A stretch of 64,000 nt of DNA, taken from assembly GCA_013239625.1 (NCBI GenBank), contig MU054032.1:62001-126000 (forward strand). The letters run 5' to 3'. Source of the stretch: Lama guanicoe (taxonomy: Eukaryota). This document shows positions 1 to 12,570 of this stretch, one piece after another (position 1 is the stretch's first letter; each line of letters begins with the position of its first letter). The notes beneath the pieces are model-generated. The model did not search any database. It was given only the letters and a program-made list of their open reading frames with translations, and was not told where the DNA came from. A program made the position numbers and the translations under genes.

Positions 1-172
1 TGCTTATGCATTTGGTGTCAAAAAAATAAAAATAAAAAGACCATTGCCTAATCCAATGTCATTAAGATTTACACGTGTATTTTCTTCTAACCATTTTATA
101 CTGTTAGCTTTTACATGATAAGTCTTTGATCCATTTTGAGCTAATTTTTGTACATAGTGTAAGATAAAGGTC
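1..172 (-). mobile_element. L1 ORF2 3'-region fragment (antisense), truncated by the window edge
   Basis: Typical antisense L1 motifs: ccattgcctaatccaatgtca and aagtctttgatccattttgagctaatttttgta. Recognised from memory. Confidence 0.7.
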
Positions 173-940
173 TTGGCACATTCTCTGTGCCAAAATCAGC
201 CTAGGTGTAAACTTAAGGTTTTCTCAAATCTTTTCTGGGCCTGTACCTTTCTCTGGGCATGTGCCATCACTTTCTAGCTTTCCCTATGTATGCAGTTGCC
301 TTTGAATATCCTTGTCTTCACTGTCTGGTTTCTAGAAAGAGGAAGGAGGAAAATGAAGGGAGGTGCAACAACAATGGTCACCCGCGTCTTTGTCTGCACC
401 TCTGTGATCAGAAGCTGCAGTCAGAGGTCAGAGCACAGATCAATATTTAGAGGAGATGGTCCTTTCTGACCACTTTGGATTCCATAAGCTGCCTACCTTA
501 AACATTCTTCTGCATGTTTTCTCATTTAACCCCTACTTCATAGGAATCTATTCAAAGCAACTAGTATAACTCTTTTTGTTAGGTGCATAATAGTGAGGAT
601 GTGGCATAATTTATTCAACCATTACTATTGATGACATTCACATTATTTCTGGGTTTTTGCCATCATGAACAATACTACAATAAGCATACTTATTTGGTTT
701 TTGTTAACTTATTATTATTTATTGTTTACATTGTTATGCATAAACACTGACTTGTGAAAAGTATTTCAGCATTTATTAATAGTATAATAATCCTAATATG
801 ATCAAAATAAATTATAGCAATTGGTTTTCTTAATATTAAACCACCCCTGTATTCCAAAATAATATTTACTTAGTTATAGATTGATGGATTCTCTTTGGCT
901 AGTGTTTTATTTAGAACCCACCAAGTAGGAACAATCTTAC

Positions 941-2370
941 TTTTATTTATTTGTTTATTTATTTATTTGGTGTTTAAATAATTAATGATTACCAACAGTG
1001 TGTTGATTACAAATGAGAGAGGTGCGAGAGGTGGTGAATTTTCTAAATGGGGCACTAGAATCTGCAGCCACAGGCCCCCATCAGCTACCAGGGCAGGCAG
1101 CTCCGTAATAAATAATGGATTTGGGGGCAAAGGGGCAGGGTTGTTCCTGCTTCTTCTTAACAGAAATCCCTTTCTTCCTTGCGGCCAGCAGCTCATGGAA
1201 GGGGCCTGCGCTCACAATTGCCTGAATGGATTTGATCCACTGGTCCTCCTCCTGCATGGGGGCCCGGGTCAGGTACACTTCAACCATCCAACCACCTGCC
1301 TCCATTTTGTAGCCTTTGATGAGCTGCCCCTTGGTGGAGACGTAAAGCTCAAAGCACTTCGGTTCCTGGGTGTCGTCTACTTCTCTGATGCTCAGATTCT
1401 TCAGGGGGATGATTCCTCCTGGCCCCTTGTCCATTGTGTACCCAAAACAGTACAAGCAGTTGTCCATGAGGATAAACCAGTGCTGCTTCCAAGTCTTCAT
1501 CTAGCCCCTCCCAGCGTAAGGAGCCTGCCCTCCAGATGCTGGCTGAAGAAGGCGTGGGTCAGATCATTCCCATCATCCTCAGGAATCTTGAAGGGCTCCT
1601 TTTGGGTGCAATCCTAGAGATTCCTGATCAGCTCCTCAGACAAGTCCTGCCCTCCTGGATGTGCTGGTTCATGGCCACAAAGTGCTCCAGGTCTGACTTG
1701 TCCCGGATGTTAGGATCCTGGGCAAAGGACAGCACATAGCATCTGTGGACTGGAAAGCCCCAGGCTTGTACAGGCATTATTGCTGGCTGAAGGCATCCAT
1801 CATCTTGTCTATCTTCTGGGCCTCTCCACAGAAATTGAGAGTCTGCAACAGGCATTCAGCTCCATAAAGGTGTGGGGCATTGCCAGGTTCAGCTCTTCCA
1901 TCTCCCCTCTGTAGTCCCCACGGCTGTCTTGTTCAGGATCTTGCCCTTGAACCGGAAACAGTAAGTGACCCCCTTGTGGGTGCACTGGGGAAGTTTGTTC
2001 CCCACCAAGAACTAGATCCCCCTTCTTGGGGTCCCTGTTGAAGTTCTTCCTAACCATTGACACGTTCCAGTTCCATTGCAAGGTCTCACTGCTCTCATTG
2101 GCCTCCAGACCCTCCACGTGGTTCTTGGCTTGCTGAGCTCCTCCTGTAGGTGGTGGATCTCCACCAGCAGCTTGAGCTTCAACCCTGAGACATTCTCCAG
2201 CTTCATCTGCACCTCTGGAGTTGGGTCTAGAAGCTCGTAGAACCCGTCCTCCATGGCTAGGAAGGCCCCGGGGAATTCTGGGTTGTTCTGCGGTTGGCCT
2301 TGATCTGAAATGATCTGTGGGTGTATGGGTGTGGGTGAGCCAGCTCAAATGCCTCGGAGTCAGCACCGCC
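941..2370 (-). pseudogene. CYTH2: Processed pseudogene of cytohesin-2 (ARNO; coiled coil, Sec7 and PH domains)
   Basis: Intronless. ORF fragments in several frames match cytohesin-2: MEDG.YE (ATG at 2254), [69 protein letters not shown]. It has several frameshifts, an in-Sec7 deletion near 1720, and the ancestral stop reads TGC (1135-1137). A 5'UTR-like stretch runs to about 2370 and a T-rich poly(A) remnant is at 941-968. Confidence 0.92.
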
Positions 2371-2476
2371 TAAACAAGAGAGAAAAAAAAAATTAGCAGG
2401 ACAGTGGAGAAGCCGGAATAGCTGTGATGTAATAAAAAGAACTTAAGTTTATAAGTCAGAAGATGACATTTAGTAT

Positions 2477-2927
2477 TGTGAAAATAAAGGGAAACCTCAC
2501 TGAAATTGAGTGGCAGGGCCAGAAGAGGGAGCTCTCAAGCAGGTACCACTGGACATCTCTACAGATCCCAACAGGAAGAGATCTACTTTGCATCTCCAGA
2601 AGGAACTAACACTATTTTGCTAATGCCAGCAGGAGGAAGAAATATTTTCTCCTGGCCTGGCAACAGCTCAGCCAGTGAGATTGTTGCAACTCAGCCAATG
2701 AAAAGTCACTATACTTTGAACTCCTAGTTTCTTCCAAAGGACTTTTTGTTCATAAGGTTTCTCCCAACCTCCCCTTCTTTTCTACAAAGGAGTTACCTCT
2801 TCTTTGCTTTCACTCAGACTTGCTTGTGGTTCATATAGTTGCATGTCCCAAACTGCAATTCTTTGCCACTTCTGAATAAACCCCATTTGGCTTGTGAAAT
2901 AACTGGCTGCTTTGTTTTAGGTCAACA
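2477..2927 (+). mobile_element. Probable solo LTR (ERV1-like)
   Basis: 451 bp, starts TG and ends CA. CCAAT at 2695, AATAAA at 2875-2880. Flanks gtat/gtgt fit a 4-bp target-site duplication (TSD) with one mismatch. Confidence 0.6.
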
Positions 2928-4799
2928 GTGTTAAGTCAATATTAGCAAGCCAAAGTGAAACAAATTTTTAAAAATCTAAGTGGTATGTTCTGTGATCCCA
3001 TGATATTTGGGATGAAGCTTCAATCAAGATAGATACAATAATACTACAAAATCAGATTTTATTATCATTAGAGTTGGTATCAGGCAACCACAAATCCTCC
3101 ACTGCAGTGTCAAGACATTGAATCTTTCAGATATTGAGTAAAATTCCATCCTTAAGAACACAGGCTATAGGCCTTGCTTGATTTTAACTGAAATATTTTT
3201 GTGTTTTATCATTTGTGTACCATTACCACTTCATGTAAGCATGGGAGTGTTTTAAGTATTTTAGCCAATCCACAGTGTTACTATTTTCAATGAGAGCCCA
3301 TTTCTAGCCACCATTTTTCTGTTTAACAATTCATTAATGTCTCCAATATAAATTAATTTCTGACATTCATTAGTTTAATGTGCAAAATGTCTAATGTTGA
3401 TCAGAACCAAGACACCTGAACTACTTCTGGTAATCCCTTTAGAGTGTAAATTCCCAATTAGAATGCTAGCTACACCTGGAGTATACTATATTTTAACCTA
3501 ATATGCCCATATTTCACTCTCCATACTGAAATACTTTAAACTAAATTATGGATATTGTAACACTGGATTTAAATACTAATTCTGCCACTTAAAAGCTATG
3601 TAATATTGGATATGAATGTAATTTGATCACGTTGAGTTTCAGTCTCCTTAATTATAAAAGGGGGAAATACTTCACAAAAATCGTTGCTTTAAGTGACTAG
3701 GTTTTGTGGTCATTAATGCAGCAAAGGCTAATTGAAATGTGGTGGGCCAGAAACATTTAGATAGAATGGCCACATTCTTGGGAGTTGTCTTCAGATAAAG
3801 AAAAGACTGTTCTTGAGATATCTACAAAAAAGCTTGAGGCAATAAAGTAAAATATGTGGCTGATTTGAGTTTGTCTTATCCAGCTATAGGTTTTCCACCA
3901 AAACTAGCTAAAAGAAAACCAGATACAGAGATCTTCCCTTTTTTTTTTCTGACCACATGTAAGAAAACGTGAGTGTATCTCATTTTGTCCAATACTCCCA
4001 TCTGTTGGACCTGAGCCAAACAAGGGAACAGGTTCTCAGACTTAAATGTCTTACTCCATGAATTTGGCTTCAAGGTACAAAGAGGCAGCTTCCCTCCTCC
4101 TGGGTAAGAAACTTAACACTTAATTGAGTGGAGAATATTCCAAAATATCAAGCTGCATTTGAAACTACAGTCAGTTCCCAATTGCCCAGGTAATGGAAGT
4201 TAAAGCCAGTAAGATATGGTTTAAAGCTTATCTGAGAAAAAATATTTTTACTTTTGTTTTGTTTTTCTATCTTGTTTTGAGTATACTGAGGTTCACTTTC
4301 CTCATTATATTTTACCCATGACATGTTATTAAAATGACATCTCATTCCCTCCTCAAATCCAACAGGGAAAAGAAGCCCTAAAGTATTAGAAAAAAATATT
4401 TTAAAATTAAACTTCGTTTCAACAATACATCTTAAGCATTGAGTAGACAGTGCCAACTTTACCAGTTATCCCATACTTTAGAATGTGATAAAATCAAGGC
4501 ACAAAATATCTTTCCTCTCCCTTCCCTCCCCCAATTATGCAGAGAGAAGGAATGTAAGGAATCAGGAGTTGCTTCTCCTGAAGTAGAGGAAAGGAGGCTG
4601 ATGGAAAAACCCAAAAGTAATCTTCAAATACAAAGGAGAGGCATCAATTTTGTTTCCAAAGACAGAATGTGAAGGGGAGAAATGGTGATTGAAGTAGGTA
4701 GATTCAAAGGGTTTTTGTTTGTTTTGGTTTTTTTTTGAGGAATGGATTCTCACTTCTTTGAGGGAGTTAAAGTAGGCATAGGAAAATGGTTGAGATTGT

Positions 4800-5185
4800 T
4801 TTCTTGGTTTCTTTACTTGTAAGAATTTTCCCATATATATATATTTTGGGGGGATTCTTAATCTGAGAACTTTCACACATAGAGAAATGTAGAAAGATTA
4901 GAACAATAAATATTCCCTTCAGAATCAACAATGAATATTTTGCCATATTTATTTGCTGAACAATTTTAAGAATTACAAATGTCAAGATGTGATGGCACTT
5001 CATCAGCATGCATCTCCAAAAAAAAAGTGTTCTTTCACAAAATCACAATAGCATTATTGCACCTGACAAAACTAACAGTAATTCACTAATCATTGAATAC
5101 TAAATCTCTGTTCAAAATTCTCTAATGACATTTATAGCTGATTTTTTTTCAAACCAGTATTTAATCAAGCATGAGGATTATGATC
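4800..5185 (-). mobile_element. Old L1 (L1MC/ME-like) 3' fragment
   Basis: Degenerate motifs such as attttgccatatttatttg and cacaatagcattattgcacct...ctaacagtaattc. Boundaries approximate. Confidence 0.45.
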
Positions 5186-5989
5186 CACAGACTTTTTATT
5201 TCTGAATTAAGCACAAAAATTCCTGACCTCTGTCCCAAGAAGTGCCTCTTGCAGTCCCACCAATTTATTGATTCAGTTCTTGGAAATTATCATTAAGTCA
5301 GATCTTTCTCTGTCTTTCCATTTTTGTATGATTCTGGGTTAAAGAGGTAGTCATTGCCTAGATCCAGTTAGCGACCTTCACTGGGAAAGCAGCAGCTCCC
5401 AGAGAACACAAACTAAGGACGAAAGTTGCTAACTGCTTTTGACCAACTGTATGATGGAGAGCTGTTATCCGGAAGCAAAGAAATTTCACCTTTTGTTATT
5501 CAAAATAAAAACTAAGAGACTGCGGTTAGCAATTCCCAAAAGCCTGTGTCTCTAGCAATAAGAAAAGCCCTTAAGAGTCAAATTAGGATCTAATAATAAG
5601 AATTCTTGACTTCCCCAGTGAGCATTTCTGGTAATTTCTATAATTGCTCAAATAGTTCGGGAAAGCCTCCAACAAAATCATAGAGAGAAACCACAATGCC
5701 ACTAAAATGGGGATTACTTTAGTTAGGCACAACTTTTGTTTCTCTACTCAGGACATAACCTTGCTAGGTGCTAAGACTGGGCAGTCATTTTTACCTTTCC
5801 TATCCATTAGAATCTTCCTTTACTCTCTTTCTCATCCTAGAAATTGTAAAACATCAAATACTGAAAACCTAGGCACACATGTGGTAATCTGTTGCTGTCA
5901 CAGTTATTTGCACTTTTCCTCCACCTTTTAAAAAAGTATGATGTATGAAATGTCTAAAGTAGAAACTGTTAGTCACCTATTCCAACATC

Positions 5990-6345
5990 TCTTTATCTTC
6001 CTAAATCATACAATCTCTGATTTCAGCTTGGACATAATCACCTGCATAAATACCTTCATCCTCCCAGTCTCCCTTGCAGCAAGATGCAGCCACATAAATT
6101 CTTGCCAGTGAGATGCAAGTAGAAAGGTTCTACAGTGGCTTTTGGCAGGTTGATTTAAAAGATTGCTGGCATGTCTTCTTTTTCCCTCTTCCCCCAGTTC
6201 TCCATCCTAATGCCTGGAACATGAATGTGTTAGCTGGAGCTCCAACAGATACCTTAGACAATAAAGACAAGGGTTTTAGGGATGGAGGAGTGGAAAACTT
6301 GGATTCCTGATGGTACCTCAGAGTCTCCATGCCATTTCCAGACTG
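5990..6345 (+). mobile_element. ERVL-type LTR remnant (LTR16/LTR33-like)
   Basis: Motifs cccagtctcccttgcagc...cttgccagtgagatgcaagtagaa and gcctggaac...gctggagctccaacag resemble LTR16/33. Recalled, not aligned. Confidence 0.55.
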
Positions 6346-7383
6346 CCCCTGTGTGTGTATGTATATGTGGGTGTGTGTGTGTGTACTTCACAATTTTTAA
6401 ATGGCACTTGTGGATGTTCTCAATGTCAGTGATGATGAAGGTAGCTCTGCACTATTCTTGCATTCAAATATTTCTTTCTGCAGCCTCAAGTTTCATAAAC
6501 CTTGGGTTGCCCTAGAAAACTAAAGCTCAGTGTAATATTAATATGCTCTTCTTAAGATATAGTATTTAAAAACTGAAATACATGAAGTTAAAAATGTCAC
6601 TTCAGGAACATTTTTCTAACATGAAGAATTAAACAGATGAAGCTTGGATGAGAATATAGCTGATATGAAGACATAAGAGAAAATAATTCTAGATATGGAT
6701 ATAATTTACCAATTATCACATTTATCACTGCTCTTTCATCATATTGATGAAAGCTATAAATATCTGTCTCTGTTAGTACTTAATCAGTTTTCTATTCGTG
6801 AACATCCGGCAATAATAAGCCATGTATGCTGAGCAGAGGAACTAAAAACATAGGGCTTCTTTGGCATTTTCTTGAGGATTTCAAAACCCTTAAAGTTACC
6901 TATATAGAAATGTATGTTAGATACTGTGTGATATTAGTTTTATTTCCACATTGAAGTAACTAACAAACCTGGAAACACAGAACTCAAGTGATCTGAGTTC
7001 CTCAGAGGTAAAAAACTATTTCTCTCACAGATCTGGCACCTGATGCATTCATTCAACAAATTATTTATTGAACAAGAATCAAGATTAACCTACTAGGAAT
7101 AAAACAAGTTCTGTAAAGACCACTGTTGGCATCTGCAGGCATCAAGAGAGTGGCCCATGTGCTAGGAATTAAGAATGCCTCTCTATAAGCCTAGTGTGGA
7201 TGTTCCTGAGAAGCCAAGAGGGACTGTAATACAAATTCTTACTCTAAGTGTAACCTGGTTCCCCTTTAATGGCAACGTTTCCCCTGCAGTCCTCTTGAAT
7301 GTAGTTATTCTCCTATACTCCTTGGTACTATTGGGCCCAAAGGTAGGATAAGCGTCCTCTTTAAATCATAAGTTATCAGACTA

Positions 7384-8367
7384 CAGACACACCTCAACTT
7401 ACAATTGTTTGACTTAATAGTGATTTTTCAACTGTAGAATACACGTTCAATAAAAAACATACTTCAAATTTTGAATTTTGATATTTTCCTGGGCTAGTCA
7501 TATGTGGTATGATACTCTCGCGTGATGCTGGGCAGTGCAGGGACCTACAACTCCCAGTCAGCCATGCGATCACAAAGGTAAACAATCCATACACTCACAA
7601 CCATTCTGCACCCATCCAACCATTCTGTTTTCACTTTTAGCACAGTACAGGCATACTTCATTTTATTGTGCTTCACTTTATTGCACTTCACAGATACTGC
7701 ATTTTTCACAAATTAAAGGTTTGTAACAACCCTACATCTAGCATGTCTGTTGGCGCCATTTTTTTCAACAACACTTATTTCATGTCTCCGGGTCATATTT
7801 TGGTAATTCTTGCAATATTTCAAACTTTTTCATTATTATCATATTTATTATGGTGGTCTGTGATCAATGATCTTTATCTTTGATGTTACTATTGCAAAAG
7901 ATTATGACTCACTGATGGCTCAGATGATGGTTAGCATTTTTTAGCAGTATTTTTAAATTAAAGTATGTACTTTTTTTTAGATATAATGCTATTGCACACT
8001 TAGACTACAGTATAGTGTAAACATAACTTTTATATGCCCTGGGAAACCAAAAAATTTATGTGACTCACTTTAGATATTTGCTTTATTGTGGTTGTCTGGA
8101 ACCAAACCTGTAATATCTCCAATGCATGCCTAATTCAATAAATTACATGAGATATTCAACACTTTATTATAAAATAGGCTTTATGTTAGATGATTTTGCC
8201 CAACTGTAGGCTAATGTAAGTGTTCTAAGCATATTTAAGGCAGTCTAGGCTAAGCTATGATGTTTGGTAGGTTAGGTGTATTAAATGCATCTTTTACTTA
8301 CTAACGATATTTTCAACTTACAATGGATTTATTTGACATAACCCCATTGTAAATTGAGGAAGATCTG
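7384..8367 (-). mobile_element. TcMar-Tigger non-autonomous DNA transposon (MER47/Tigger5-like), interrupted by a second Tigger
   Basis: Terminal inverted repeats cagacacacctcaacttacaat ... attgtaaattgaggaagatctg, flanked by TA at 7382-7383 and 8368-8369. Confidence 0.75.
7648..8131 (+). mobile_element. Internally deleted Tigger1-type element nested at a TA
   Basis: Starts TA|CAGGCATAC.tcattttattg and ends ...aatatctcc..tgcatgcct, matching Tigger1 ends. About 480 bp. The host element resumes after it (ttcaataaattacatgag). Confidence 0.8.
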
Positions 8368-8789
8368 TATACAACATGCAACTCTTGTAATTTATTGCCT
8401 CTTCCTCTAGGTTACTTCTACTCATTCCTTTAAGGTTTTAGATCTTGGCTATCACTCTCTCCAGGGACAACCATCAGACTTTTTGGTGATATCAATATTC
8501 CTTCAGTACTTTGGCATTTTAAGTTCCTTAATCTCTTCTCCTCCAATGATATTGTCTTTCATCATATCTGAGCTACTTATTTCAATGGTCATATGACCTT
8601 GTCTTCACAAATAACTACAATTTATCTGTAATTTTATTTCTTTGCAACCTTCTTTGGCCACATACTTGATAATGTGTAATTTAAATATATATTAGATAAT
8701 CGGGGAGATGATTGTAACTTCTTAAATCTTTTTGTAAAAGACATTGAATAATGCATCTCAGCATATTTTTTACTACTTTTGTCTCCCTC

Positions 8790-9850
8790 ACCAAAATGCA
8801 AGTTCTGTGAGGGCAAGGATTTTTGTGTTGTTCTTTGTTATATCCTCAGCATCTACAACAATGTGGGGGCCACAGCAGGTTCTCAATAAATGTGTTGAAT
8901 AAATGAAAGAAATGCCTATTACACATCAGGCCCTAGGAATACAACAAAACAAAATCTCTGACTTTACAGAACCTATAATTTTTTAGTGAAAATAGAAATA
9001 TTAAAGTGGTAAAACTTCACTATTTATTATTTTTATTTTTTATTACAATATAATTAACATGTAACATTGTCTTTGTTTCAGTACAAAATATTCTTCAGTC
9101 TGTGTTTTCAAGGTCAGAAATTTATCAAAATTCTGGCTGAGCATTTTTCTTCCCCCCTACAGTGACTGCTTTAGTTCTTGGTCTATTCTCTTGCCTAAGT
9201 TACTGTAACTGGTCTGTCTGCAGTCTTTTTCCACTCCAGACAGCATATTATATTCCACAAACTTTTGAGCACCTATTATGTGTCTGCTACTGGAAACACA
9301 AAAGACAAATATATAACACCAGTCCCTATAGTCAAGAAACTTGTCCATCCACACTATAGCATCAGTTCTATTAAAAATTTCTGTTACCAATAGAATTAAG
9401 TCCAAACTCCTTATGCAGGCATATGGGGCCCTTTAACATTGTCCTGAACCCATTGAATCTACAGCCTTATCTCTCACCACTCCCCTTTACCTACAGGCTC
9501 TCCTAAGCTCCAGCTACACTGAACTTTGCACAGATCCCTCAAAATTCTATTGCTTCTGCTTTATATAGGCTGTATTTTCTGTCTGGAATACCCTCTTCTG
9601 CCTCTTATCATTGGTCTGGGAGAGACTTACTCAGCCTTTGAAATTCAGCCCTTAATCATTACCCCTTTTTGATGCCTTCCCGGACTCCCCTACTTAGTTC
9701 TTCGGGTTGCTGTTCCCAGAGTACTCTGTTTATAGCTCTAACATTAGGACTTATTGCAATGCATTGTAATTTACTTATTTACCTTTTCTACAATTCCTGG
9801 AGGTTAGGAACAATATTGCTTTGCCATATCAGGCATATGGTAGGCTCTAA
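8790..9850. mobile_element. L2 3' fragments
   Basis: L2 tail motifs: aagttctgtgagggcaaggatttt...ctcaataaatgtgttgaataaatgaa; ctccagctacactgaact; tctgtctggaataccctct. Patchy. Confidence 0.55.
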
Positions 9851-10446
9851 ATTCCAAAAAAAATTTAAATGACTCACTTAGCACTTGGTCTTCTCTTATT
9901 TTCCCCTACATGGTATTATATGGCTCTTATTTCCTAGAAAAGGGAGCATTTAAAAGAAAATTTCAGGTGAACAACTAAAAAATCAGAAAAAAAGAAGGCT
10001 CCCTTAACGTTGAAAGTAATCCTCTTCTCCATTATCCCCTTATATACTGTTATCCTGCAAGATGCTGAACAAAATGTTAATAGTCCACCAAAATCTAATG
10101 TCTGAATGTATATGTAACCTTCTTCTGATCACTTCCTACCTTACACAATGGAAAGAGCACAATAAAGTATTTACTTATGGCAAACAGAGTTAATCAAGAA
10201 GTGTATACATTCTCTTTCATGAAAACCATGAAATTCAAAGAAAACTACTACCTGATTTCTTCTAATCCCACAGTATTGCTACTTCACATAGAGATAAGTG
10301 TATATCACTCTACTGTCTTATTTTCTACAATGTAAACTCTGGAATCTATATGTCTACATCTATATGCTGTAAGGTGATGTTGTGGGTAGAAGACCATTTT
10401 TGGAATATTCCAATGTACATCATTTAAAAATGTAAATGGGCTTTAA

Positions 10447-11177
10447 AAAATTTATTAAAGTGTAGTTGATTTACAATGTTAGTTTCAGGTGTAAAGCAAA
10501 GTGATTCAGTTATACATATACATATATTTTTTCTTTTCAGCTTCTTTTCCATTGTATGTTATTACAAGAAATTGAATATAGTTCCCTGTGCTATACAGTA
10601 GGTCCTTGTTTATTTTATAATATAGTAACATGCATCTGTTAATCCCCATCCTCTTAATTTATCCCTCCCCACCCTTTCCCCTTTGATAAACATAATTTGT
10701 TTTCTATGTCCATGAGTTTGTTTTTGGTTTGCAAATAGAATTTGTATCATTTTTTTTAGATTCCACATATAAGTGATACATCATATGTCTTTTTCAGTCT
10801 GACTTCACTCAATATGATAATCTCTAGGTCCATCCATGTTGCTGCAAATGGCATTATTTTAATCCTTTTTATGGCTAAGTAATATTCCATTGTGTATATG
10901 TGTGTGTGTGTGTGTGTGCATGTGTATATACACACACACACTTGTACACATATACATACAAAACTTCTTTATCCATTCATCTGTTTATGGACATTTAGGT
11001 TGTTTCCATGTCTTGGCTATCGTAAATAATGCTGCTTTGAACATTGGGGTGCATGCATCTTTTCAAATTAGAGTTTCCTCCAGATATATGCTCAGGAGTG
11101 GGATTGCTAGATCATATGGTAAGTCTATTTTTAGTTTTGAGGACACTCTATACTGTTTTCCATAATGGCCACACCAT
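10447..11177 (-). mobile_element. L1 3' end (ORF2 C-terminus and 3'UTR) with an internal TG/CA microsatellite
   Basis: ORF 10756-10941 (TMEYYLAIK...MPFAATWMDLEIIILSEV) is the classic L1 ORF2 tail. Antisense 3'UTR motif tagttgatttacaatgtt...caggtgta. Confidence 0.9.
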
Positions 11178-12424
11178 AAATTAGCTTTTTAAAGACTTTT
11201 CCATCACTTAGAGCTGTTCATGCTTTTGTCACCCTACAGTCAGAGACTGGTAGCAAAATTCAGAATATGAAAAAGCTCAAAACAAGACAGTCACTTTTTA
11301 ACCCTTCCTATTACTGCCAAACCAGACTGATAGGGTATGCTTCTAAATTATAGGAAGATGATGGTATGATGGCATCAGAGAACATAAAGTAATTTAAGAT
11401 GGTATATGTGATGTTTACATTTAGCTACGTTAAACTTTACAACTAATTTTTTATTCCCAGTACCTAGAACAGATGACTACTTTGCCCTCTTTCCTTTTAT
11501 TTACCTTACAGTTACAAAATTAACAATCTCTAAGTTCTTATTAGAAAGCTCCTTCATAAAACTGAACTTTTCTCACTTGTTACAATTTTCTAAAAAAATT
11601 TTTAATTGCTCATGTCAATCTATAAAATTCTCCTTTGCTATTAGTGTCTATGGATACATTTAAATTCAGTCCTCAGAAAAATATCAGGGAGAAGGTGATT
11701 GCTACAATTAAAACTGACAAACTGTTTCTGTTTTCCTTTTTACTAGTGTTTTAAATTGGCCTGGGAATTTTTTTTTTCTCTTAGGAGACTGTTAGGATTA
11801 AATTTGTGAAATGGCATCTATTACCAACTATTTTCTAGTTTCTGCCAATTCCAGTTGCAGATTTTTCTCCCCAAAGACTTGACAATATAATTATACATGT
11901 CCGAATCTAGATTTTAGAACTTTTTGGTGAATTTGAAAAAGAGATTTGGTACAACTTGGGTCCCCATCAGCTAATGGATGAGATAAAGGCATGGATAAAC
12001 CTGACTACAAGCTACTTCTGGGTGAGAAGCCATTTCCAGAGCTACACTAACAGGAAATCCCTTGAAATATATCCAATGGGAGTAGGAAATAAAACTATAA
12101 ATTAGGGTGCAATGAATTTCAATTTTCAAAAATTTCTTGTGTGAAAGGCAGTTTTTCTCACAGCACTTCTTTTGATAAGGGAAATCGCCAGTTATTTTAG
12201 GTTTCAGTCTTCTAAATGCTATCTTCAATTTGGTCCCTCCATTTTCAGTTAACCGTATATGTTGTTGCCAAATTAATCTTTCTAGACCACAAGAATGTTA
12301 CTCTTCAAAAAAAAAAAATTCAAAGCTTCCCATTGTAAGAGAAATTAAGTAGAAAACAATAAGCATGATACTCAGTGCCACCATTGGTTGTGATCTACAT
12401 TCCCCTTGACTCTGGACTGCCTAG

Positions 12425-12570
12425 GCCAGGAATTGGCAAACTACAGCCTGCAAACCAAATCTAGCAGGTTGCTAATTTTTGTATGGCCTTCGAGGTAAAG
12501 ATGATTTTTACATTCTTAAAGGGTTGGAAAAGACAATCATGTGACGTGAACATAAAAAATTAAAATTACA
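12425..12570 (+). mobile_element. hAT-Charlie (MER58-like) fragment
   Basis: cagg..ttggcaaactacagcctgc...ccaaatc start, with gatttttacattcttaaagggttggaaaa. Confidence 0.5.

Noticed and set aside
985..1617. 210-aa + strand ORF
   Set aside because: It is the antisense shadow of the CYTH2 pseudogene and resembles no protein I recognise.
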